A stretch of DNA of 64,000 nucleotides, from NCBI GenBank assembly GCA_965238075.1, contig OZ250173.1:1280001-1344000 (forward strand), read 5' to 3'. The notes below the pieces were generated by a model, which saw only the letters and a list, made by a program, of their open reading frames with translations, did not search any database and had not been told where the DNA came from. The stretch is from Candidatus Entotheonellaceae bacterium (lineage in GTDB: Bacteria; Tectomicrobia; Entotheonellia; Entotheonellales; Entotheonellaceae). A program made the position numbers and the translations under genes. Positions 32,612 through 43,317 of the stretch are shown piece by piece. Position 1 is the first letter of the stretch. Each line of letters begins with the position of its first letter.

Positions 32612-33193
32612 ATGACAGCAACCCTGATCGGCTACGCCCGTTGTTCCACGGACAGACAGGACCTGACGGCACAGGGACAGGCACTGAAGGACCTCGACGT
32701 CGCACCGGACCGCATCTACACGGACAAGGGTCTGACCGGCACCAACCGCGCCCGGCCCGGCCTGGGTCAGGCCATGGCCGCAGTGCGCAAGGGCGACACC
32801 CTGGTGGTGCCAAAGCTGGACCGCTTGGCGAGGTCGGTTCCCGATGCCCGGCACATCGCCGATCAACTGCAGGCCAAGGGGGTGAAACTTGCCCTGGGCC
32901 GCAATATCCATGACCCCAGCGATCCGATGGGCAAGATGTTCTTCAACATCCTGGCTACCTTTGCCGAGTTCGAGGCCGATCTCATTCGGATGCGCACGCG
33001 TGAGGGAATGGCCATCGCCCGCGCCAAGGGCAAGTTGCGGGGCAAGCAACCAAAACTCTCCGACAAGCAGCAAAAGGAACTTTGCCGCATGCACGCCACC
33101 GGCGACTATTCGATTGGCGATCTGGCCGAGGTCTTCGCCGTATCGCGGCCGACCGTCTACCGGACGCTCAACCGCGCGGTTCCTTCCACATAG
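32612..33193 (+). CDS. Serine resolvase/invertase
   Basis: IGYARCST, KLDRLARS, AEFEADLIRMRTREG, C-terminal HTH. Confidence 0.95.
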   Translation: MTATLIGYARCSTDRQDLTAQGQALKDLDVAPDRIYTDKGLTGTNRARPGLGQAMAAVRKGDTLVVPKLDRLARSVPDARHIADQLQAKGVKLALGRNIHDPSDPMGKMFFNILATFAEFEADLIRMRTREGMAIARAKGKLRGKQPKLSDKQQKELCRMHATGDYSIGDLAEVFAVSRPTVYRTLNRAVPST

Positions 33194-33423
33194 ATCGACC
33201 TGTCTTGGAGTGCCATGTAGCGCCAAAAGAATCGTGCCATTTAGCGTTGAAAGTCACAGGTGCGGGTGGTGGCGGTTGTAAGATCAAACGCCCGTTTGAT
33301 GAGAGGACGCCGCCGTGGTGGGCGAACGTGGTTTTCGGGCCTTTGGAAAGTCTGTGAAGGTCGAAGGGCAAAGACGCGGGCAGTGGAGATCCTGAAAAGA
33401 CGAGGACGGCGAGGGGCCGGATG

Positions 33424-33535
33424 TCAGGTCAGCACCCGCAGAGCCGTTTCAGGCGCCTTGTCAAGAACCCGCAGCAGAGCCTTGACGGCACCCGTGGGAC
33501 GGCGCTTACCCTGCTCCCAGTTGCGGATGGTTTCG
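33424..33535 (-). pseudogene. XRE-family HTH antitoxin C-terminal fragment
   Basis: Manual translation ETIRNWEQGKRRPTGAVKALLRVLDKAPETALRVLT*. Confidence 0.7.
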
Positions 33536-33942
33536 TGCGCCATTGATCCGTACCGCGACCGCTACGAACGGGCCTTGGGGGTGTACGCCTTGCGTGGCGG
33601 GGACCTGAACGCCTGGCTGGTGTCGCAGGGCCATGCGCTGGCGTACAGGTGTTACAGCCTGGCGTATGTCGAACAGGAAAAGGCAGCCCGGGCAGCCGGT
33701 CGAGAGATCTGGGCAGGGGAGTTCGTGGCGCCCTGAGACTGGCGGGCCGGCGAGCGGCTGGCGGCAACACCCGAGAATTCACCAGGCGACGAACTCGGTG
33801 CCCTGGCCATCTACGATGACAACGGCAACGGCCGCTTCACGTGCAAGGAGGCGAGACACCATGGCATCGCGCCGGTGAGCAGAGACCATCCGGCTTATCC
33901 GTACATACACGACCGGGACGGTGGCGGCGTGGTCTGTGAATA
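33534..33942 (+). pseudogene. Thermonuclease + Excalibur domain, 5'-truncated, internal stop
   Basis: DRYERALG, LNAWLVSQG; homologous to 40162-40576; TGG>TGA at 33734. Confidence 0.8.
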
Positions 33943-33946
33943 GCGG

Positions 33947-34070
33947 CTACGACGGGATAAACCGTACAGGATTCAAGATGGGCGCGTCATGGTTGGTGAC
34001 GCTGTTCACCCGGGTGCTGACGGGGCGTTTCTCGAAGGCGCCGGCGCAAGCAGCGCCGCGCCGCCAGCTA
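33947..34070 (-). pseudogene. Possible SRAP (SOS response-associated peptidase) C-terminal remnant
   Basis: PVSTRVNSVTNHD motif only. Confidence 0.4.
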
Positions 34071-34415
34071 TCTTGGTACAACAGGCCAAGCCGAGGCCCA
34101 TCCTGCAGCTTTTTGCCTTCCATCAAACCCCCTTTAAAGCGCCTGATACCGCACGCCGCGTCCCAAACAACAAAATCGCCTCCGCTGCCGGCACCAAAAA
34201 CGTGGCCAACACGGCTACGAGTGTTCCCGCAGCTTGGCCCTCGAGCCAGGTCTGAAGCCCTACCGCCGCCCAGAAATTTCCACCCGGCGAACCGCCGAAC
34301 TGGTTGAAGGCGTCGTCGCCTCAAGCAGAGCATCGTTGGGGAGACCGGAGGGAACCGCTTGGCCCGGCGCCGCGCACGGGGTCCTGCAGGCGGCCGAAGC
34401 CCCCGCTGGCCTACG

Positions 34416-34703
34416 TTAATTGCTCTGGAAGAGCCCACCGGCCTTCCAGTTGTACTGCCCGGAAGCCGTCCGGTTGTTGCCGACGCTATTGCTGCTAGCG
34501 GTGCTTCCTTGGCCGTTTTGCACGTGCACGTTGCAGCCCGTAAAGATGACATCGTCGACCGTACCCGCTCCCGACGCCGTGGCCATGCAGTCCGGGATGG
34601 CGTTTTGCAGGGCGGTAATCTGGGCTTGCAAGCTCGGGGTCTGTGCCGTAGATGGCAAGGCAGTGAGCCCACCGCACAGCATCACCAATACCAGGGCCTT
34701 CAT
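34416..34703 (-). CDS. Small secreted hypothetical protein, possibly internally deleted
   Basis: Signal-like MKALVLVMLCGG; FTGCNVHVQNGQGST. Confidence 0.45.
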   Translation of the reverse strand: MKALVLVMLCGGLTALPSTAQTPSLQAQITALQNAIPDCMATASGAGTVDDVIFTGCNVHVQNGQGSTASSNSVGNNRTASGQYNWKAGGLFQSN

Positions 34704-36168
34704 GAGTCGCGTCAAGGGTTGGAGTGCCGTCGGAAACGGTGCGGTATCGGAACCGCCGGAGCCAGAAGAGCCGGCGACGTGAGTGGGAAAACGATTAAGC
34801 ACACCGTCTCCGAATTATTCAAGCTTTTATGTTTTTATTTTCAAATAGTTATATGCGGATATTGTATTTTGTTGCATATTTCGTAAATTTGTGTATGTCA
34901 TTAGCCTATGTTCGAGGAGGAAACGTTACACTGTTGGAGTTCTCCCCTCAGCCAGCAGGTCAGAAATGTCTCACTCCAGTCGAACTTAGAGAGCTTCAGG
35001 GAGCCTCCTTATAAGGCGCCAGCAATGCACATTGTCTGGATCAGCTTGCAGACCTTCCTTCGCCGTGCGGCGGGCACTTTCTTCTTCGCCAGAGTGTAGG
35101 TATAGCCATGCAAGCCGGGATAGATCCGTCGCCGATGCGCCCTGTCGACGTGATTCCATGAGCTTGGCCAACGGCTTGAAGAGAGCACTGCGCTGGACAG
35201 CATCCATTTCATCAATGATTTCACGGCCACTGTTGACATGATTTGCCATAATGCTGACTTCATTCAGATCCGGTTCCTTAATCTTGGCGGCATTCAAGAA
35301 GGCATTACAGCTTCCAATAATATTTCCTATCTGATTATAGAGACGGGCCAACCGAATCCACGCCTTCTGAGTTTCCTCACTCACTGAATTCTGCTCAAGG
35401 AAATGCTCAACGCATTTGATCTCGCGTTGAGAGCCGCCACCGGTTTCCCTCTCAAGGTCGGCGCACATCAGCCAAGCTGGGGGATAATTCTGGGCCATGA
35501 ATTCCAGCATTAGCCGCACTTTGTCTATGGAATAACTACCTCTGCTAATCTGAAGGGCGACCCTCTTGAACAAAGACTCAATGCGCGGGTAGTTACCCCT
35601 TCTCAGGTCAGTATTCATGGTAGGTCCCATACTCCGAAGAAACTCGATATCATCCTGAATCAACTGGTAATCATGGCTGACTTCAAGTTTTCTGTGGCCA
35701 AACAATGCGGTTATGGTGGGCACTCCGAGGAAGTCGGGCCCATCCTCCACCTCGGTTCGTTCCAAGAGTGACATGCGAACAAGTTCGTCGACAGCTGCTT
35801 CTGGGTCCAGCCTTTCAGAACTTCGCCAACGGAGTACTGCCTCAAGGGCGAGCTGAGGTACAAGAGAACGCCATCCGCTAAGCGTCAGAAAAATACGTTT
35901 GGCCAACGGGGATAAATTGTCATATGTACGCTCAAACAGTGCGTTCAGAATATCGTCCTTACGAGCCAACATCTGGCTGGGCTTGCCAAAAGTGCCCTTG
36001 TCCGCTATTTCCCCCAGAATGATCTTGATTACATATGGATGCCCGTCTGATTCATCAATGATTTGCTCCGTCTGTTCAGAACTGATCCTGTCCAAAATGC
36101 CGAGACTTCCGGCGCTTTTCCGAATCAGCTCCTTAGCTTCTGCGTATTCCATACCAGAAACTTCTATA

Positions 36169-37461
36169 GGGCATCTCTAATAATACCCATCTCCCACATG
36201 GTTTAGAATTACTGAAACACGTCAACCAGCAAGGCCGGAGGAGTTGAACATGTCTCAGATGGGCTTTTTCGATGTCGAGAATCGCTACGCCGCTCTGGAT
36301 GCCAAGAACGATCCCTTGGTGAAAATCAATGCCGTCGTTCCTTGGGAAGCATTCCGCAGCCGCCTGGAGAACGTCTGGCGCAAGCCAGCCGACAAGCGCA
36401 AGTCCAATTCGGGGTGCAAGCCGTGGGAGCGCCATGCCATCGTCATGTTCAAAGCCATCATTTTGTGCGCCCTCTACAATCTGTCGGATGATCAAGTCGA
36501 GTATCAAATGCGCGACCGCCTGTCCTTCGTGCGCTTCTTGGGACTGGCACTTGAAGACAAGGTGCCGGACGCCAAAACCGTGTGGCTCTACCGCGAGCAG
36601 TTGTCACAGGCTGGCCTCATCGATGCCTTGTTTGAGGATTTCGACGGCTACCTGAAAAACCAGGGCTACCAGGCAATGGGTGGTCAGATCATAGATGCTT
36701 CGATTGTCGCGGTTCCCATCCAGCGCAATCGTCGTGACGACAATGAGCAGATCAAGCGCGGTGAGCTACCCGAGGCCTGGGCCGACAAGCCGGCCAAGCG
36801 TCGGCAAAAAGACAGGGATGCGCGCTGGACCAAGAAGCACGGCAAGAGCCACTATGGCTACAAGAATCACGTCAACATCGACCGTCGGCACAAGCTGATA
36901 CGGCGTTACCGGGTGACGGACGCAGCGGTGCATGACAGCCAAGTGCTTGAGGAGTTGTTGGCGTCGGACAACACGGCAAGCGGTGTCTGGGCGGACAGCG
37001 CCTACCGGTCGAAAGACACTGAAGCGAAGGTGAAAGCCAGGGGCTTGACGAGTCGGATTCATCGCAAGGCTTCTCGCAACCGCCCGTTGCGCGATTGGGA
37101 GAAAGCGGGCAACCAGAGTCGTTCCCGATTTCGGGCTCGGATAGAGCATGTCTTCGGCGCGCAGCACAACGACATGGGCGGGACTCTGGTTCGCAGCATG
37201 GGGCTTGTACGGGCGAGGGCGCGCATAGGTCTTAAGAACCTTGCCTACAACATGCGGCGCCTGGTTCACTTGCAACGTCTGGCGATGGTGGATTCACGCT
37301 AAAGGGCGCAGCGGGGTGCCGGATGCCCTCTTTGAAGGCGCCATGGCTCCTGTTGAGGAGCGACATCACCACGCAAACCGCCGTTTATTCTCTGTCGCCA
37401 TGGCGCGGCAAAGTCACTCACGCCAGTTTTGCCCGCCAGTGAGTCATTTTTCGAGGCGCCC
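36169..37461 (+). mobile_element. IS5-family insertion sequence
   Basis: Imperfect IRs GGGCATCTCTAA / TTCGAGGCGCCC; TATA target duplication (36165-36168, 37462-37465). Confidence 0.93.
36250..37302 (+). CDS. IS5-family DDE transposase
   Basis: QIIDASIV, GYKNH, WADSAY, RARIEHVFG, NLAYN. Confidence 0.95.
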   Translation: MSQMGFFDVENRYAALDAKNDPLVKINAVVPWEAFRSRLENVWRKPADKRKSNSGCKPWERHAIVMFKAIILCALYNLSDDQVEYQMRDRLSFVRFLGLALEDKVPDAKTVWLYREQLSQAGLIDALFEDFDGYLKNQGYQAMGGQIIDASIVAVPIQRNRRDDNEQIKRGELPEAWADKPAKRRQKDRDARWTKKHGKSHYGYKNHVNIDRRHKLIRRYRVTDAAVHDSQVLEELLASDNTASGVWADSAYRSKDTEAKVKARGLTSRIHRKASRNRPLRDWEKAGNQSRSRFRARIEHVFGAQHNDMGGTLVRSMGLVRARARIGLKNLAYNMRRLVHLQRLAMVDSR

Positions 37462-39241
37462 TATAGGGAAATCGGCTTTGAAGTCACGGAAACGGGTTGT
37501 TATGACCGCCTTGTTTGGCAGTCTGATGTTTGTGTCAATCCAGTGATACAGGTCAATCGGGCTGCGGACAGTTTCAAAGTTGTCAAAGACAAACAGTTTG
37601 GGACTATCTTCAGAACCATGCATGGCCTGCGGCATGGTGTTGGTGCTGGGATCGGCCACAAGGCTAGTGATCAACTTCGTATATTCCTTGTCAATTTCCT
37701 TTTCGGTGAGTGTCTTGGGTTGAACAACCTTTGGACCGGTTGGGGTCAGATCGATATCTCTTGCGCTAAACCATACGATCATCCCGTACCTATCCGTACG
37801 GGCGACTTCGTGCAGAACGCTGAGCGCGAGTGAGGTTTTACCAATGCCGCCTTGGCCAACGAGTGTGACAATCGGATGTCGGTCATTGGTCAACTTGTCT
37901 CGTATGTCCTGTTCGAGAGAAGGGCGCGTAACGTAACCAACCGGGTTGGCTGGCAAGTTAGTAAAAACTTCCCCGATGATGTCAAATTCGCTCAAACCCT
38001 CCGTCTCACTGGGAGGTCGATCCGATGGGGGTGTCAGGTACGGTTGAGCATCTCCTTTCCGGCGATTATCCGTGATAGGTGAATGCAATTCGTAGCTCTG
38101 GCCGTTAAATTTCCCATTGGGCATAAAGAAGTCAGTAGCGTCAAGATCGCTGCCAAGAAGAGGAACCAGTCTTGGCCTGCCTGCCCACAAATAAACGCCG
38201 TCCGGGTAGTTCTCCCCGTCTTCCGCCGCCGCTGTCTTCAACTCCGAAAAACAAGATGTATCGCCACCAAGTTCGATGACGTTATATCTCCCTGACAGGT
38301 TTCGATGCAGGTAGGCCCAAGGCAGTCGAAATAAAGGAGTGTTCTCAAGTAACAGTTCAATGGAACTTCGCAGACTTCGCACGAGACTGGCGCAGGTAGC
38401 TGGCGTTATTGCACCATGGCCACGGGTCTTGTTCCGCAGTTCAACAAATTTTGTGAACCAGGCACGCAGGTATACCTTTCTGCCCATGGGTTGGGCGTCA
38501 GAATAAACTCCTTCTAAAGCCTCTTGCAGGTCGCACATAGCTCTGTACTGCCAGCTATCAGTCTCAGCCCGCTGTTTAAACACAAGGAGGGCTTCATCAA
38601 AAGGAGGGGAAATTTGTTGCCAGGCCGGACCGGTACAAATGTCATCAAAGACATTCGCCCAGTCCCCAATCCCGGCGGCCCTGACGAGCCTGTGCAAGAA
38701 CTGGTACTTATAATTCTCTCTGTTGTCTTCAACTGAGGCGACGGAGGAGGCTGTTGACGTCGAGGTCTAGCACAATGAGCTTTATCGCAAATTCGCCTGC
38801 ATAGAGGAGCTCATAAAACAGTATGGGGTCGGATTCACCATTCGTTTCGACTCGCTCCATCATTTTTTTTATTGGCGTGAAGGGCATTGACTTTCTCCTC
38901 GGTCCAGGGAGGGACCCTTGACGTATTCGGCGTGAGTGCTAAGGTCGAATTTACAACACGGGGTATACAGAGCGGGAAGATCAACGGTAATTCCTTAAGA
39001 ACACAGTAGCACCCTGTTGGCCCTCTTTCAAAGTCTCTTCACCGCAGATCAGGGCGAACAGACAGTCCAAACATCCCAGACGGGGATCAGTCGTCGCAAA
39101 AACGTCCGTTAAACGAAACGGCGCCAAGCCGTCCCAGAAAACACACCGTTGGCCCATCTTGGCGTGATCCCCTGTCCACAAGACTTTCATGTCATCCGGT
39201 CATTCAGGTTGCCAAGCGTAACAATACATATACGATCAGGC

Positions 39242-39526
39242 ATGATACGCAACTTCAGCAGGAACCGGCTCAAGCGATTTTTCGAGCGCGGCGACAAGAG
39301 AGGTATTCATGCCGACCCGCGCGACACCGTGCGTGACATTCTGGCGCGCTTAAACGCTTCCACATCGCCTGAAGACATGAACCTGTCCGGTTTGCGGCTC
39401 CACCCCCTGAGGGGAAACCAACAGGGTTTCGGGTCGGTGACGGTACAGGCAAATTGGCGAGTCATTTTCCGCTTCGATGCAGGTGATGCCGTCGACGTCG
39501 ATTACCTGGATTATCACGAGAGGTAA
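39242..39526 (+). CDS. higB: HigB-type (RelE superfamily) toxin
   Basis: MIRNF...RLHPLRG...[11 protein letters not shown]...DYLDYH. Confidence 0.9.
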   Translation: MIRNFSRNRLKRFFERGDKRGIHADPRDTVRDILARLNASTSPEDMNLSGLRLHPLRGNQQGFGSVTVQANWRVIFRFDAGDAVDVDYLDYHER

Positions 39527-39530
39527 GACC

Positions 39531-39818
39531 ATGCGGATGCACGATCCACCCCATCCCGGTCAAGTCATCAAGCGGCAGTGTCTGGTCCCTTTGCGGTTGA
39601 CCGTGACTGAGGCCGCAAAAGGGCTTGGTGTATCGCGCAATACGCTGTCGATGCTGCTCAATGGCCGCCTCGGGATATCGCCGGAGATGGCGATTCGTCT
39701 GTCACAGGGCTTCGGCGGCAGCCCGGAGAGCTGGTTGCAGCAGCAGATGCAGTACGACCTGTGGCAGGCGCAGCAACGCCAGGGCAAGATCAAGGTGAGG
39801 AAATTCGAGGCCGCATAG
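39531..39818 (+). CDS. higA: HigA antitoxin
   Basis: [26 protein letters not shown]. Confidence 0.93.
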   Translation: MRMHDPPHPGQVIKRQCLVPLRLTVTEAAKGLGVSRNTLSMLLNGRLGISPEMAIRLSQGFGGSPESWLQQQMQYDLWQAQQRQGKIKVRKFEAA

Positions 39819-39926
39819 CGACGCGGTGTCGATGACCTGTCAAGAACACCGCGTGCCTGGGCGGAACTGGCGCTGCGATGTGGAGGGTTTTGCTTTGCTG
39901 TTTCACATCTTGATCGTTGTCGTGTG

Positions 39927-40576
39927 CATGGCTAGCTGGCTGCTGCCGTTGGTTGAGGGCGCCGATACCACCATCGTCGGCGGGGCGAGACGCGGGTAAT
40001 CGACGGGGACACCCTGGAAGTGAAAGGGGAGCGCGTGAGGCTCAAGGAAATCGACGCGCCGGAGAAGGGACAATTGTGCGAGAACGCTGCTGGCAAACTT
40101 TATCCGTGCGGCCAGGTGGTAATCGGCGTGCTGCTCGGACGCATCGGCGACAGCAACGTGGCGTGCGCTATTGATCGGCAGCGCGACCGCTACGGACGGG
40201 CCCTGGGGTGTGCTCCGTGCACGGCGCAGACCTGAACGCCTGGCTGGTGTCCCAGGGCTATGCGTTGGCGTACAGGCGCTATAGCCTGCGGTATGTGGAA
40301 CAGGAAGAGGCAGCTCGGGCAGCCGGGCGAGGCCTGTGGGCAGGAGACTTCGTGGCGCCCTGGGACTGGCGGGCCGGCGAGCGGCTGTGGGCGAGGTCGC
40401 CGACCGTGGAATCACCAGGCGACGAGCTCGATGCCCCGGCCATGTACGACGACAACAGCAACGGCCGGATCACGTGCAAGGAGGCGAGGCGACATGGCAT
40501 CGCGCCGGTGAGCAGAGACCATCCGGCGCATCCATACATGGACGACCGGGACGGTGACGGTGTGGTCTGTGAATAA
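39927..40576 (+). pseudogene. Thermonuclease (SNase) + Excalibur domain, frameshifted
   Basis: VIDGDT, VRLKEIDAPE, DRYGRALG, DRDGDGVVCE distributed over several frames. Confidence 0.85.
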
Positions 40577-40975
40577 GCGAATTACCCCCCTTGTCTGACC
40601 TTGTCCTGGGGGAAAGATCGTGCTGTGTGCCATCCTCGTGCGCTGTTTGGTGGGGCGGCGGCCCAAATTTCCGACAAGCGACCGCTTTCTGCAGGGCCTA
40701 GGATGCATCCGGATCGGCTGCCGGGGAGCTGCACGACGTCGGCCCGGATGTCGGTTTCATCCCACCGGGGCACCAAAAAGCGGCGGTTGTTGTGCCCGTC
40801 TCCCCACCGCCTTCGGACGATTTCGGCGCTTTTCCGGCATCCGGTGGGACGTTCTGGAGGCCTGCGGCGCCAGATCGCGCAAGTCCAGTAACGACGCGGG
40901 TTTCAGCCAATGGCAAAGTTTATATATAATAGTCTTATCGGAAGTTGGCGTAGACGACAGAGGGAGGAATGATAG

Positions 40976-41608
40976 ATGCCAGAGACGAAGCGACTCTATT
41001 ACTTTACACCGACAAAATACGGCTTGAAGGCCGTAAAACACCTACGACTGAAAACTGCTGAACTGGACAAGGTAAACGACCCTTACGAATTATTGCCATT
41101 TCAACCGAAGAACAACATTTCGGATGAAGCATTTCAGCGGATTAAAAATAATCTATCAAAGACAATTAAGATAGTCTGCCTTAGCAAGACATACCACAAT
41201 CCTTCGTTGTGGGGACACTATGCTGATAAAGGTAAGGGAATATGTCTCGGTTTTGATATAAAAAAAGATAACAGTGAGATACTTTTGGAAAAAATAAAAT
41301 ATACGAAAGACAAATTGACAACTAGCTTTGGAGATAGCTGGGTGGATGGAGAACTATCCATTGATGACATCAATAATCATAATTTCTATAAAGACATGCG
41401 ACGTCACAAATCACATCACTGGAAACACGAAAAGGAATGGCGTACCTGGACCGTTGCCAAAGACCTAGAACTAGACCCAATTACCGGCTTTTACTTTTTA
41501 CATTTCGGATTGCATTTCGAAAGCCCGTTAAGACTACGTAAGATATTGATCGGGCCTCGCAGCGAGGAGGAAAACATAAAAAGCAACGTTGCCGGCTTGA
41601 AAGGTTGA
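40976..41608 (+). CDS. DUF2971-like protein, low GC; C-terminus probably frameshifted near 41585
   Basis: NDPYE, LWGHYAD..GICLGF, K...W..EKEWR; alternate frame continues to ~41741. Confidence 0.8.
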   Translation: MPETKRLYYFTPTKYGLKAVKHLRLKTAELDKVNDPYELLPFQPKNNISDEAFQRIKNNLSKTIKIVCLSKTYHNPSLWGHYADKGKGICLGFDIKKDNSEILLEKIKYTKDKLTTSFGDSWVDGELSIDDINNHNFYKDMRRHKSHHWKHEKEWRTWTVAKDLELDPITGFYFLHFGLHFESPLRLRKILIGPRSEEENIKSNVAGLKG

Positions 41609-41788
41609 CCGCCGACTACCCTGAGCCAAAACCGAAGATTATCTTCACCCGCCCATCATCTTCCACTTTTAAGATCGGCTGCGTCGATATGCAGCTTGTA
41701 GCCGACCCAGGATTCAAGATGGATAAAGATAGGCAAAAGTAACATAACCGCCCTTATGCGAAGTTTGCGGTCAAGGAGGTGACTCTTG

Positions 41789-42765
41789 ATGCGATATCGA
41801 GGCTTGTACTTGCTGATGTGCGGGCTTGTTCTCGCAGCGGCAGTGGACGCGGCGCAGGACAAAAATATTGCCGAGCAGGAGCGGCCATTCAGTCGTACCT
41901 CGGTCTCGTTTAAAGATCCAAAAGGAGCTAGAAAACCGGTCAAGGTGACTCTTGATGCGAGGTGTTCTCGCAGCGGCAGTGGACGCGGCGCAGGACAAAA
42001 ATATTGCCGAGCAGGAGCGGCCATTCAGTCGTACCTCGGTCTCGTTTTCCAGGAGCTAGAAAACCACAAGCGAAGGTCGCCGAGCGCAGTGGCCTGGACG
42101 GCCGGGTCGTGTTGCGTTTCACCCTGCGCCGGGACGGGGTAGTACTCAACCCGGAGGTCATCGAGGTCACTGGGCATGATTCGTTTCGCGAGGCGGCACT
42201 GCAAGCCTTGGCGGGGGTCGGTCAATTGCCACGGTTTCCCGACGAGATTCGACGCCGTGAACTCTTGGTGGAAGTGCCCATTAACTATCGGATTGTAGAA
42301 AGCCCATTGCGCCGGGACGGGGTAGTACTCAACCCGGAGGGTCGAGGCAGCAAGCCTTGGCGGGGGTCGGGTAATTCGACGCCGTGAACTCGCCCATTAA
42401 CTATCGGATTGTAGAAAGGTCCAGTTCGAAAGCTGTGGCAGATGACGACGCTATAGAGAAGTACCGGAACTACACGCCGGAACAGTTGGGAGAATTGCCG
42501 CAAGAGACGATCAGTAGCGAAGTTCCCATCATGTACACGATGGCTGCAAGGCGCGCACTGTCACTTGGCGGGGAACTGAGCTGGTATTCGGGATGGAACT
42601 CAACGCGTTGATGTATCCGGGACTTCACGACTTTGAAGGGGCCGTTAAGTTATTCCAGAAGGATCTGGGGGACGAACCAACCGGCATTCTCACGGTCTGG
42701 CAGATTCACAATCTCCAGAAAAGGGCTGAAATGCAGAAGTTGGGGCAACTTATTTTTCCTGATCA
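41789..42765 (+). pseudogene. Exported protein with TonB C-terminal domain, disrupted by internal duplications and frameshifts
   Basis: Signal peptide; GRVVLRFTL, GHDSFREAAL, VEVPINY; duplicated blocks. Confidence 0.7.
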
Positions 42766-42769
42766 CCGT

Positions 42770-43171
42770 GGCATGAAGGAAACGCCTGCTCAGACCTGGG
42801 GTCCTGCGAAGTGGAATAAGGTGAGAAGAGGGCTTGTCGAGTTGCTGAAGAGTCCTGAAGTGGGACTGCATTCCGCGTCGGCGGTAGCGGAGCGTTTGGG
42901 GGTTGCTCCTAGCACGCTGAAGAAACACTGCCCCGAGGAATATGCCGCTCTGAAGAAGGCTCGTGCGGCGCGGCTGGCAGGTGAACGGAAGCGTGGATTT
43001 GCGGAGAAGGAAGCCGCTCTTCATGCTGCCTTTGAGGAGTGTCTGAGGAAGGGGTTGCACCCGTCAAAGGATCTAGTTTTTGAAGGTGCGGGTCTTTCTC
43101 CGGCTTTGTACATGAATTTAAGGTATCGCCAACTGTTTCGAGAGATAAGGCGAAGTGGCGGCCTAATCTAG
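42770..43171 (+). pseudogene. Helical HTH-like fragment, possibly C-terminus of a TniQ/TnsD-like protein
   Basis: SASAVAERLGVAPSTLKKHCPE...GLHPS; abrupt junction with TonB pseudogene. Confidence 0.35.
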
Positions 43172-43317
43172 GCGGAAGTTTGGATATTGGAGAAGAATGT
43201 AGAGGTGTGAAGCTGCTGTGATTGGGACGGACGATCCGTGGTTGGACAGGATATCTGGCGGTACCGCCAGAATTCTTGAAACAAAACAAAACAGGTAGTT
43301 AAGGGTGTAAAAGGGCA

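Larger units (their letters stand above)
34986..38887 (-). pseudogene. STAND (NB-ARC-like) NTPase with HEPN-like N-terminal motif and helical/TPR-like C-terminus; interrupted by IS5 and a 5' frameshift
   Basis: GQGGIGKTS, VFDNFE, ITTR, GHP; removing the IS restores ADFPIEVSGME; ATG 38887 with GAGGAG RBS. Confidence 0.85.

Noticed and set aside
33734-33736. TGA in thermonuclease copy 1 as selenocysteine
   Set aside because: Aligns to Trp (TGG) in copy 2, not Cys; gene is truncated
41770-42420. Duplicated blocks as DGR template/variable repeats
   Set aside because: Differences are deletions, not adenine-specific substitutions; no reverse transcriptase in the window
42593-43171. 192-aa ORF as a genuine single protein
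   Set aside because: Appears chimeric: tail of the TonB-domain pseudogene joined near 42770 to an unrelated HTH fragment
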